A DNA stretch of 64,000 nt. It comes from Eubacteriales bacterium. Lineage in GTDB: Bacteria; Bacillota; Clostridia; Oscillospirales; CAG-272. The notes beneath the pieces were generated by a model, which did no database searches, was not told where the DNA came from, and was given only the letters and a program-made list of their open reading frames with translations. Positions 26,877 to 34,926 of this stretch are shown one piece after another. Within the stretch, counting starts at the first letter, position 1. Each line of letters starts with the position of its first letter. A program made the translations under genes and the position numbers. The stretch is from positions 3,993 to 67,992 of the forward strand of contig JAZNFP010000003.1 of assembly GCA_045576095.1 (NCBI GenBank), in the 5' to 3' direction.

Positions 26877-27201
26877 GTTCGTTTTCCTTTCCGCGCGGTT
26901 CCTCCCGCTCTGTGAACTCCCGAAGCACCTTTGCATAGCCTCCGCTTCCGCGCTGAATGCAACGGGAGATCCTTGACAGGGTTGTCGAGGAGATCTCGGT
27001 TCTGGAGATGATCTCCTGATAGGTATCGCCGCGCAGAAGATACTCGGCGCACTCGGTTCTCGTCGCCATCTGCTCGAGCTCGCGGAAGGTGCAAACGTCC
27101 TCAAGAAAGGCGGCAACCTCCTCGGGTGTCTTAAGCTCGGAGAGGATCCGATAAACCTTTTGAAGTCGGGTATCGTTGCTCGGTCTTGATCGATGCTGCA
27201 T
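26866..27201 (-). CDS. YerC/YecD-family TrpR-like DNA-binding protein; candidate histidine-operon regulator
   Basis: 111 aa. LKTPEEVAAFLEDVCTFRELEQMATRTECAEYLLRGDTYQEIISRTEISSTTLSRISRCIQRGSGGY matches the YerC/TrpR-related family pattern. GGAGGA SD. Its 3' end overlaps the hisZ start by 11 nt. Confidence 0.75.
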   Translation of the reverse strand: MQHRSRPSNDTRLQKVYRILSELKTPEEVAAFLEDVCTFRELEQMATRTECAEYLLRGDTYQEIISRTEISSTTLSRISRCIQRGSGGYAKVLREFTEREEPRGKENEHEA

Positions 27202-27233
27202 ACGGTGATTCCTCCGTTTTTTCTTACCGCTAC

Positions 27234-27262
27234 ATTATACACGATTACTTTATCAATGTAAA
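27234..27262 (-). promoter_or_regulatory. predicted sigma-A promoter of the his operon
   Basis: On the minus strand, TTTACA-17 nt-TATAAT. The -35 lies within the tandem GCTTTAC-T-GCTTTAC repeat (27258-27272). Confidence 0.55.
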
Positions 27263-27315
27263 GCAGTAAAGCGAAAATTTTTCAAAAAATTTTTAAAAAC
27301 CGAGCAAAAACGACC

Positions 27316-27344
27316 TTGACGGCACCCTTTCCCTGCGGTATAAT
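27316..27344 (+). promoter_or_regulatory. predicted sigma-A promoter of the DUF445 gene
   Basis: TTGACG-17 nt-TATAAT. Confidence 0.6.
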
Positions 27345-27372
27345 GGAAAAAACCTCAAAAAAGGAGCCCGTC

Positions 27373-28260
27373 ATGATCCCTTTGTCGCTTCTCGTCGGTC
27401 CCGCTGTCGGTGCGGTCATCGGCTATCTGACCAATTATCTTGCCGTCAAGATGCTTTTTCGCCCGTATACCGAAAAGCGGATCGGCGCTCTTGCGCTCCC
27501 CTTTACCCCCGGCGTCATTCCGCGCCGCCGCGATGAGCTTGCGCGAGCACTCGGAGATGCCGTCGGAAAGCGCCTGGTAACGCGGCAGGACCTGGCAAGC
27601 GTTCTCGTTTCAAACGAAAGCGTCGATGCTTTGACCGAAAAGCTCCTCACGGTAACGGCGAAAGAGGGCGGTCGCTCGCTCGGCGAGCGGCTCGGAGAGC
27701 TGATGGGAAGCGAACAAAGTCTTACGGCGCGAAATCGAGTCAACGGCGCGATCGCCGAGGCGATCACCGAGGCCCTTTCGGCGGCGAAGCTCGGAGAGTT
27801 GCTTTTGAGGGAGGGTGCAACCGCCCTTCGCGAGGCAAATCCGATGCTCGGTATGTTCCTCGGGGATGCACTGATCGAGCAGCTGTCGCCCGCCGTTGAC
27901 GAGTCGGTCAAGCGCTATCTCGCAGAGCGCGGACAAAGCGAGCTGCTTTCCGCGGTTGCGCTCCGAAGCGATGCGTTGCTGGATCGGGATGCCGCCTCCC
28001 TCCTTGCGGAGATCGGGCTCGATGCCGCCGCACAAAGGTCGCTTTTGAAGGAAATTCTCCGCCGCCTACTCGACGCCTGTCTCCCGACTCTGCTCGATCG
28101 CATCGACCTTTCGGACATCACGGCGCAAAAGATCCGCGAAATGGAGATGCGTGAGCTTGAGGCTCTCGTGCTTTCGGTCATGCGGCGCGAGCTTCGGGCG
28201 GTTGTCAACCTCGGTGCCGTGATCGGATTCGCACTCGGGTTTCTGACCGCCGTCTTCTGA
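27373..28260 (+). CDS. DUF445 family membrane-associated protein
   Basis: ATG at 27373 with an AAGGAG SD. The N-terminal GAVIGYLTNYLAVKMLFRP is typical of DUF445. It ends with a C-terminal hydrophobic helix. Confidence 0.7.
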   Translation: MIPLSLLVGPAVGAVIGYLTNYLAVKMLFRPYTEKRIGALALPFTPGVIPRRRDELARALGDAVGKRLVTRQDLASVLVSNESVDALTEKLLTVTAKEGGRSLGERLGELMGSEQSLTARNRVNGAIAEAITEALSAAKLGELLLREGATALREANPMLGMFLGDALIEQLSPAVDESVKRYLAERGQSELLSAVALRSDALLDRDAASLLAEIGLDAAAQRSLLKEILRRLLDACLPTLLDRIDLSDITAQKIREMEMRELEALVLSVMRRELRAVVNLGAVIGFALGFLTAVF

Positions 28261-28291
28261 TCGCAATCCTACATATTATATCATAAAACAG

Positions 28292-28333
28292 GCCGCCGTG
28301 CAATGCCTTTTGGCGTTGCACGGCGGTTTTTTT
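28292..28333 (+). terminator. intrinsic terminator between DUF445 and convergent spoIIE
   Basis: GCCGCCGTGCAA...TTGCACGGCGG followed by TTTTTTT. Confidence 0.7.
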
Positions 28334-28353
28334 ATTGGATTTTTGAAGCTTCG

Positions 28354-30828
28354 TCAAACGATCGGCTCCGCCTCAAGCTCTCTTGCCCTCGGCGGCTCGG
28401 GCTCCGAGCGTCGGTTTCCCTCGCCGTCCTCGCACTCGGAATCGGCTTCCCCGTCGAGTGCAAGCTCCGACACACGGATGAGCGCAACCGACATATCGTC
28501 TCTTCGGTCGTGCGTTCCTGCCGCAACGCCGACGATCCGCTCGGCGATCGGCGAAAGCTCCTCTCCGAATTCGCCCGAGAGAATTTCCATGAGCCACGGT
28601 GCATCCTCACCGCTCTGACAAATCCCATCCGAAAGCATCACGATGACGTCCCCCGGCTCGACGTCAAAGCGAATCTTCTCGGCATCCAGCGATTCGGTCA
28701 GACCGATCGGCACGGTTTTGGAGCGAATCCGAAAGAGGTTGTCCCCGCGCTTGATGTAGGAAGGAGCGGCGCCGCTCTTGATGAAGCTCGCCTGTCCGTT
28801 CAGAAGGTCAAGCTCGAGTAGATCAACGGTTGCTCCGCTCTCCTCTCCGCCCATGCGGATCAGGTTGTTGAGAAGCTTCAGAGTCGTCGTTTTGGCATTG
28901 CCCGCGCCGAGCATCCGCTCAAGGAAAACCGAGCAAACGCCCGAGGTCAGAGCCGCGCGGGAGCCGTGCCCCATCCCATCCGAGAGAAGTGCGTAGAAAT
29001 AGTCTCGGTCGTTTTCAAAGAAGGTCACGGTATCTCCGGAAACGCTGCTCGTATCGGCGGCGCGATAGGCACGGCAGGTGTTGGCGGTAAAGCGACGCGT
29101 GCTTTTCATTTCAATTGTAACGGTTCCGTCCGACACCTCAAAGGACGGGGGCGATAAGCGGGTTCCGCAAAGCTCCGAAAATTCACGGCTCAGCTCCTCG
29201 GAAAGTGCCGCCGCACCCTGCCAGTGGCTTGCGCCGGCAACGATCCATCGGCGACGCTCACCGTAAACGGCAACCGCCGCGCCCTCAACGCCGTGCCTCT
29301 CCATAACCTCGCGCATTGCCGATGCGAGCTCGGCATCCTCGCTGTTTTCCGCCTTGACTGAGCTGACCGCCTCGCACAGAAGACGCGAGAGCAACTCGTA
29401 ATCGCGCGAGAGCGCATCGGTCACGCTTGCCGTCCCATGGGAACGAAGGAGCTTTGCACACTCCTGCTTGCAATCCTTAAAAATTTCCTCCGCATTGCTG
29501 CAGGCGGCGCCAAAGCCTTCGGGAAGCGCACCGCCTGCCAGCCCCGCCTCGCTTGAAAACGACTCGGAAACGGCACGAACGGCATCCTCGCCCGCGCATT
29601 TCCCTCGCTCCGCGCAATCGTCGCAATGCTTGGCACGGGCTTGCTCGCAGGCAAGGCGCAGCTCCTCGGGGTCGGGAGCGCACGACTCGGTTACCCGGCG
29701 GAAAACGTCGGCGAGCGAGGCGAAGGTCTCTGCCATCTCGCTCATGCGGTCTACCGTGACGCGACGATGCTGCTCAACCGAGCGCTGAACGGCCTCGGCG
29801 GCGGCTGCCGATTCGGCTCTTTTCTCAAGGATACGCGAGCCCGAGCCAATCCGTCCGAGAATCGGCCAGATCAAAAGCGAGACGATCAGAAGCTCGGGGG
29901 TAACTGTCAAAAACCCCGTGAGTCCCGCGACGTACGAGCCCCATACCGCTCCCGATGCCACTCCGAGGGCAAGCGCGTAAAAGGCGCCGATCTCAAAGAG
30001 AAGCCCCGAAGCGAGTCCGAGCAGGGCAAAGGTCGGCGCATAGACCGCCGACGCACCGAGCGAAATCAGAAGTCCCGCAACCGCCCCGTACAGTGCGCCG
30101 AGACGCTTCGATACGTACAGGGTCGCCGCCGCCGCAAACAGGTACGGAAGCATTAGCCCGAAAAAGGTAACGCCGCGAAGCGAAAGCACTGTGAAAAAGC
30201 AAAGCGACAATGCGCCAAGCTGCATATGAAGCAGCTCGCCGCGCTCGCGCTCGGGCATCGGCTCGGCGGGGTCGTCCCGTCCGAGCAGCTCGCCCATCGT
30301 CAGCTGTGCATCCAGCACCCCCGTAAACAGAAGGGTTGCTACGGTACAGGAAATTACCGTCGCCACGGAAAAGAGAAGCGTCGCGGTGGTCGCTCCGGTG
30401 ATGAAGAGCTGATAGAGCGCCGCGGCAAACCCAACGATCGTTGCGATGGCGGCACGTAGCTGCGGAAACTCCATGAAAACCCCCGGTGAATCGGGGAGAA
30501 CGCGCCGACCTGATCCGGGAAGGCTTGCCAAAATCCGCATCGCCACGGTCAGCATCATCAGTCCCGCGTATATGTATCCGACGCTTCCCATTCCCGCCGC
30601 CGCGAGCACGCCGCCCAGAAGTCCCGCAATCGCCGACCAGCCCCGAAGCGCCGCAAGGCAGGCGATCCCAAGGGGATACGCTCCGAAAAGCAGAGGCGTG
30701 CGCGCCAAAAGAAACACGGTGATCGCCGCGGCGATATCCGAGGCGAGCACGTAGCCCGGGTGTGCCGCGTTTCGCTTTGAAAAGAACGCCGAGATTCCGC
30801 TCGGCCTCTTATTTGTGTGAACATCCAT
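28354..30828 (-). CDS. spoIIE: stage II sporulation protein E (PP2C phosphatase with a polytopic N-terminal membrane domain)
   Basis: About 320 aa of TM helices, a central domain, and a C-terminal PP2C (LLSDGMGHGSRAA...DLLELDL...FIKSGAAPSYIKRG...VMLSDGI). Start set at M13 (30828) because the first ATG lies inside the predicted -10 box. The start is uncertain. Confidence 0.85.
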   Translation of the reverse strand: MDVHTNKRPSGISAFFSKRNAAHPGYVLASDIAAAITVFLLARTPLLFGAYPLGIACLAALRGWSAIAGLLGGVLAAAGMGSVGYIYAGLMMLTVAMRILASLPGSGRRVLPDSPGVFMEFPQLRAAIATIVGFAAALYQLFITGATTATLLFSVATVISCTVATLLFTGVLDAQLTMGELLGRDDPAEPMPERERGELLHMQLGALSLCFFTVLSLRGVTFFGLMLPYLFAAAATLYVSKRLGALYGAVAGLLISLGASAVYAPTFALLGLASGLLFEIGAFYALALGVASGAVWGSYVAGLTGFLTVTPELLIVSLLIWPILGRIGSGSRILEKRAESAAAAEAVQRSVEQHRRVTVDRMSEMAETFASLADVFRRVTESCAPDPEELRLACEQARAKHCDDCAERGKCAGEDAVRAVSESFSSEAGLAGGALPEGFGAACSNAEEIFKDCKQECAKLLRSHGTASVTDALSRDYELLSRLLCEAVSSVKAENSEDAELASAMREVMERHGVEGAAVAVYGERRRWIVAGASHWQGAAALSEELSREFSELCGTRLSPPSFEVSDGTVTIEMKSTRRFTANTCRAYRAADTSSVSGDTVTFFENDRDYFYALLSDGMGHGSRAALTSGVCSVFLERMLGAGNAKTTTLKLLNNLIRMGGEESGATVDLLELDLLNGQASFIKSGAAPSYIKRGDNLFRIRSKTVPIGLTESLDAEKIRFDVEPGDVIVMLSDGICQSGEDAPWLMEILSGEFGEELSPIAERIVGVAAGTHDRRDDMSVALIRVSELALDGEADSECEDGEGNRRSEPEPPRARELEAEPIV

Positions 30829-30862
30829 TGCTTGTCCCATCCTTTTTCTTGATTTTGCCAAC

Positions 30863-30895
30863 ATTGTACCACCTCTCCGCAGGAGAATTTGTCAG
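30863..30895 (-). promoter_or_regulatory. predicted spoIIE promoter with an over-long spacer
   Basis: The minus strand reads CTGACA-21 nt-TACAAT. No acceptable -35 is present at 17-nt spacing. Confidence 0.4.
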
Positions 30896-31026
30896 ATCGG
30901 GGTGGCGACGAAGCGAGAATTTTCACACAAAATCAAGAAAAAAAAGAGGGGGGCGCGTCGTCATGGCAATTTGCTGACGAAACGCGCCCCAAACCGACGA
31001 ATCGGGTTGCTTTTTGCGATGAAAAA

Positions 31027-32385
31027 TCAGTTCCGAAGCGAATGAATCGGCGCGGGAATACGACCGCCGCGACCAATGAAGCGCTCACAGGAGAAGCCCG
31101 ACAGCGGCATGATCGGCGCATGGCCGAGAAGTCCGCCGAACTCAACTGACTCCCCCACGCCCTTTCCGTAGACGGGAACGAGCCGAACCGCGGTCGTCTT
31201 GTTGTTGACGACGCCGATGGAGATCTCGTCGGCAATCACGCCGCTGACGGTTGCCGCCGAAATATCGCCGGGAACGGCGATCATGTCGAGACCGACCGAG
31301 CAAACGGCGGTCATCGCCTCAAGCTTTTCGATCGAAAGCGCACCGACCTCGACCGCCTCGATCATGCCGGCATCCTCCGAAACCGGAATGAAGGCACCCG
31401 AAAGGCCGCCGACGTGCGAGGACGCCATGACGCCGCCCTTCTTCACCGCGTCGTTGAGAAGCGCCAGCGCCGCTGTCGTGCCATGTGTTCCGCAACGCTC
31501 AAGTCCCATATTCTCGAGGATCCGCGCAACCGAATCGCCCTGTGCAGGCGTAGGCGCGAGAGAGAGATCAACGATTCCGTAGGGGGCGCCGAGTCTCTTC
31601 GATGCTTCGTAGGCAATCAGCTGCCCGACGCGCGTGATCTTGAAGGCAATCTTCTTGACGATATCGGCAAGCTCGCTGAAATCGACCTCTCCCGCTCTCT
31701 TGATGGCAGAGGCAACGACACCGGGGCCCGAAACACCGACGTTGATGACGGTATCCGGCTCGCCGATTCCGTGCACGGCACCTGCCATAAAGGGGTTATC
31801 CTCGGGCATATTGGCAAAGACGACGAGCTTTGCACAGCCGATGGAATCCTTATCCCTTGTGAGATACGCAGTCTTCATGACCGTCTCGCCCATCAGACGG
31901 ACGGCGTCCATGTTGATGCCTGCCTTGGTGGTTGCCACGTTGACGGAGGAGCAGACGCGCGTCGTTGCGGCAAGCGCCTCGGGAATTGCGGCGATCAGAT
32001 TTTTGGCACCGGGCATCATTCCCTTCTGCACGTGTGCACCGAAGCCGCCGATAAAGTTGATCCCAAGCTCGACGGCAGCACGCTCGAGCACCTCGGCAAG
32101 CCGCACGTAGCATTCGGGGGAAAGTCCGCCGCCCACGTAGGAGATGGGCGTTACCGAAACGCGGCGGTTGATGATCGGAATTCCGTAGGTACGCTCAAGC
32201 TCGGAGCAAACCGAAACGAGATTTTTCGCCGAGCGCGTGATCTTATCATAGATCTTTTCTTCAAGTCTTTTCGGATCGTCCGAGAGACAATCGAAAAGCG
32301 AAACTCCCATCGTAACGGTTCGAATATCAAGATTCTCCTCTCGGATCATCTGTATGGTTTCAAGAATATCTGCGGTATTGAGCAT
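31027..32385 (-). CDS. UPF0210 (DUF711/PFL4705-like) family protein
   Basis: From [30 protein letters not shown]..., the typical UPF0210 N-terminus, ~452 aa. Followed by a long GC-rich terminator at about 30945-31000 on the minus strand. Confidence 0.8.
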   Translation of the reverse strand: MLNTADILETIQMIREENLDIRTVTMGVSLFDCLSDDPKRLEEKIYDKITRSAKNLVSVCSELERTYGIPIINRRVSVTPISYVGGGLSPECYVRLAEVLERAAVELGINFIGGFGAHVQKGMMPGAKNLIAAIPEALAATTRVCSSVNVATTKAGINMDAVRLMGETVMKTAYLTRDKDSIGCAKLVVFANMPEDNPFMAGAVHGIGEPDTVINVGVSGPGVVASAIKRAGEVDFSELADIVKKIAFKITRVGQLIAYEASKRLGAPYGIVDLSLAPTPAQGDSVARILENMGLERCGTHGTTAALALLNDAVKKGGVMASSHVGGLSGAFIPVSEDAGMIEAVEVGALSIEKLEAMTAVCSVGLDMIAVPGDISAATVSGVIADEISIGVVNNKTTAVRLVPVYGKGVGESVEFGGLLGHAPIMPLSGFSCERFIGRGGRIPAPIHSLRN

Positions 32386-32405
32386 GCTGATTTCCTTTCG
32401 ATCTG

Positions 32406-32675
32406 TCAAACGTGATGCATGGTATTGAAAATATCCTCGTGCATGGCGCGGATCTCAAGTCCCTTTTCTGCACCGCGCGCCGAAAGCGCCTCGGCAAACT
32501 CCGAGAAGCCGATCTTCAGGCTCTCAAGCTCGACGAGCATAATCATAGCAAAATATTCGCGCATGACGCTTTGCGTGATATCCACGATGTTTGCACCGTA
32601 GGTCGCGCAGATGCTGCTGACCTCGGCAATGATTCCGATACTGTCCTTTCCGATAACGGTGACGACTGCTTTCAT
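32406..32675 (-). CDS. ACT domain protein (UPF0237 family)
   Basis: From [48 protein letters not shown], 89 aa. Its stop lies 21 nt upstream of the UPF0210 start. Confidence 0.8.
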   Translation of the reverse strand: MKAVVTVIGKDSIGIIAEVSSICATYGANIVDITQSVMREYFAMIMLVELESLKIGFSEFAEALSARGAEKGLEIRAMHEDIFNTMHHV

Positions 32676-32713
32676 TTGGGCTTCCTCTCTCTTCGATTTC
32701 TGTTTACCCATCT

Positions 32714-32742
32714 ATTATACACGATCTCGCCGCCAAATGCAA
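32714..32742 (-). promoter_or_regulatory. predicted sigma-A promoter of the ACT-UPF0210 pair
   Basis: On the minus strand, TTGCAT-17 nt-TATAAT. Confidence 0.55.
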
Positions 32743-32792
32743 TACGAATATACGCTTATCAAAGAAAAAAGTTCCGCTTTCTTTCGGGGCGG

Positions 32793-32821
32793 TTGAAATA
32801 GCGAGGCTTGTATGCTATAAT
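32793..32821 (+). promoter_or_regulatory. predicted sigma-A promoter of alr-truB
   Basis: TTGAAA-17 nt-TATAAT. Confidence 0.55.
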
Positions 32822-32890
32822 AAAGTAACGTCATATCGCCGCTCCCTGCCGTCATACGATAGCGTAGCACCGAAGAAAGGAAGCTTGGCG

Positions 32891-33997
32891 ATGGATAGAG
32901 AAGCGTTTGCCGTCTGTAGCGAGACGGCGCTGACAGACAATTTCCGGCGCCTTTTGAGCATGGCGGCGGGCGCGCGGCTGATCGCCGTCGTAAAGGCGAA
33001 CGCCTATGGGCACGGCGTGTCCTTCGTTGCCAAGACGCTTGCGGGGGCGGGGGCGGACCTCTTTGCCGTTGCGAGGCTGTCCGAGGCAATCGCGCTCCGC
33101 CGCATCGTCCCCCGCGCGGACGTTCTGATTCTCGGGAGCACGCCGCCGAGCCTTGCGCCGCAGCTTGCCGAGCACCGACTGATCCAGACGGTGCAAGACC
33201 TCGACTACGCAAAGGCGCTGTCGAAAGCGTCAAGAGAGCCGATCCGCACGCACCTGAAGCTCGACGTCGGAATGGGGCGGTTTGGAATTTCTATTTCCAA
33301 ATCCGATTCTTTTGAAAAAGCGCTGCTTGCACTGAAGCAGCCTCGCCTCGCCTTCGAGGGCATCTTTTCCCATCTCCCGTCAGCCGACCTGCCCGACACC
33401 GAGGAGACCGATCGCGAGCGCCGGAGCTTTCGTCGCTTTACCGAGCGTCTCTCGGCGGCGTACCGCCCTCTGCCAAGGCACCTTCTGGCAAGCGCAGGGC
33501 TTCTGCGATACGGCGGCGGCGGAGACGCCTTCGTTCGCCCCGGTCTTGCTCTTTACGGTTACCCACCGAGCGATGCCTTTTCAGGGAGGGGATTTTCTCC
33601 CGTTTTGCGCCTATACGCTCCCGTGCTTGCGATTCGTGAGCTTTCCAAGGGAGAACGCATCGGCTACGGCGGCACCTTTGCCGCGCCAAGGAGCATGCGC
33701 GTGGCGTTGCTCGGCATCGGCTACGGGGACGGTCTCCCTCGCGCACTCAGCGGCGCTCCCGTTCGTCTCGGCGGCCATTTTTGTCCGATCGTCGGGCGGA
33801 TCTGCATGGATCTCGCCTTCTGCGCGCTTCCCGACGCCGCTCGCGTACAAATCGGCGATCTTGCCCTGGTGTTCGGGGATACCGAGAGAACGCTCCTTCG
33901 TCTTGCTGCGCACGCCCGTACCATCCCCTACGAGCTTCTGACCTCGCTTTCCGCGCGGCTCTGCCGCGAAGTCTCATCCCGAAAGGATCTTCCATGA
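32891..33997 (+). CDS. alr: alanine racemase
   Basis: AVVKANAYGHG (PLP lysine motif), GYGGTF, GRICMD. The ATG at 32891 has AGGAAG 7 nt upstream; the track starts at a TTG at 32885. Confidence 0.85.
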   Translation: MDREAFAVCSETALTDNFRRLLSMAAGARLIAVVKANAYGHGVSFVAKTLAGAGADLFAVARLSEAIALRRIVPRADVLILGSTPPSLAPQLAEHRLIQTVQDLDYAKALSKASREPIRTHLKLDVGMGRFGISISKSDSFEKALLALKQPRLAFEGIFSHLPSADLPDTEETDRERRSFRRFTERLSAAYRPLPRHLLASAGLLRYGGGGDAFVRPGLALYGYPPSDAFSGRGFSPVLRLYAPVLAIRELSKGERIGYGGTFAAPRSMRVALLGIGYGDGLPRALSGAPVRLGGHFCPIVGRICMDLAFCALPDAARVQIGDLALVFGDTERTLLRLAAHARTIPYELLTSLSARLCREVSSRKDLP

Positions 33998-34893
33998 AAA
34001 AAAACGGACTGCTTCTGCTGAACAAGCCCGAGGGTATTACCTCGCACACTGCCGTTCGCATCGTACGGCGCCTCGTCGGCGCCGACAAGGCCGGACATAC
34101 CGGCACGCTCGACCCCATGGCAACCGGCGTGCTCCCGATCCTCGTCGGCCGCGGCGTAAAGGCAAGCGAATACCTGACCGAGGCGGACAAGCATTACGTT
34201 GCCGTGATGCGTCTCGGCCTCACCACCGATACCGAGGATATCACGGGGCGCGTTTTGAGCAATTCAAGCGACGTCCCCTCCTCGGACCGTGTCTTCCGCG
34301 CAATCAAGAGCTTCGTCGGCGACATTGAGCAAACGCCGCCAATGTACTCTGCCGTTCGCATCGGAGGCAAGCGCCTGATGGAGCTTGCCCGCGAGGGAAA
34401 GGTGATCGACCGTCCGTCCCGAAGAGTCTCGGTTTACAGCATAGAGCCGATTGCGCTCTCGGAGCGCGAGTATTCGCTTGACGTCGTTTGCTCAAAGGGG
34501 ACCTACATCCGCACGCTCTGTGCCGACATCGGCCGCGCGCTCGGCTGCGGCGCAGTGATGAGCGCGCTCTGCCGTACCGAGACCTGCGGATACACGCTCG
34601 CGCAAGCCCATACGCCGAGCGAGCTTGAGGCGATGAGCGCGGCAGAGCTTGACGATGCAATTTTGCCGATCTCCGAGATTTTCCCAAACGCTCCGGCATA
34701 CACCCCCGCACCCTTCTTCGTGCATCTGACGAAAAACGGGCTCTCGGTCGAGCTTCGCAAGCTTTCGGCTCTGCCCTGCACAAGAGAGGGCGAGCGCCTG
34801 CGCCTTTTCGACGAAGCGGGAGTATTTTACGCGCTTGCCGAGATCACGCGGCGCGAGGGCAGCCTGACGCTCACGCCGCTCAAGCAATTTTAA
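33994..34893 (+). CDS. truB: tRNA pseudouridine(55) synthase
   Basis: MKKNGLLLLNKPEGITSHTAV...GHTGTLDPMATGVL. ATGA overlap with the alr stop. The track ORF carries a 71-aa spurious extension. Confidence 0.9.
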   Translation: MKKNGLLLLNKPEGITSHTAVRIVRRLVGADKAGHTGTLDPMATGVLPILVGRGVKASEYLTEADKHYVAVMRLGLTTDTEDITGRVLSNSSDVPSSDRVFRAIKSFVGDIEQTPPMYSAVRIGGKRLMELAREGKVIDRPSRRVSVYSIEPIALSEREYSLDVVCSKGTYIRTLCADIGRALGCGAVMSALCRTETCGYTLAQAHTPSELEAMSAAELDDAILPISEIFPNAPAYTPAPFFVHLTKNGLSVELRKLSALPCTREGERLRLFDEAGVFYALAEITRREGSLTLTPLKQF

Positions 34894-34926
34894 CCAATCG
34901 CCCATATTTCACGAAGGGAGTCCGAT

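Noticed and set aside
25776-27242. N-terminal extensions of track ORFs: hisZ 488 aa, pheA 431 aa, aroA 450 aa, hisD 467 aa, truB 370 aa, mgtC 298 aa, tyrA 305 aa, hisH 239 aa, dnaN 393 aa, and others.
   Set aside because: The extensions are Arg/Pro/Ser-rich and overlap upstream genes or promoters. They precede internal ATGs that have good Shine-Dalgarno sites and canonical family N-termini. Coordinates were trimmed accordingly.
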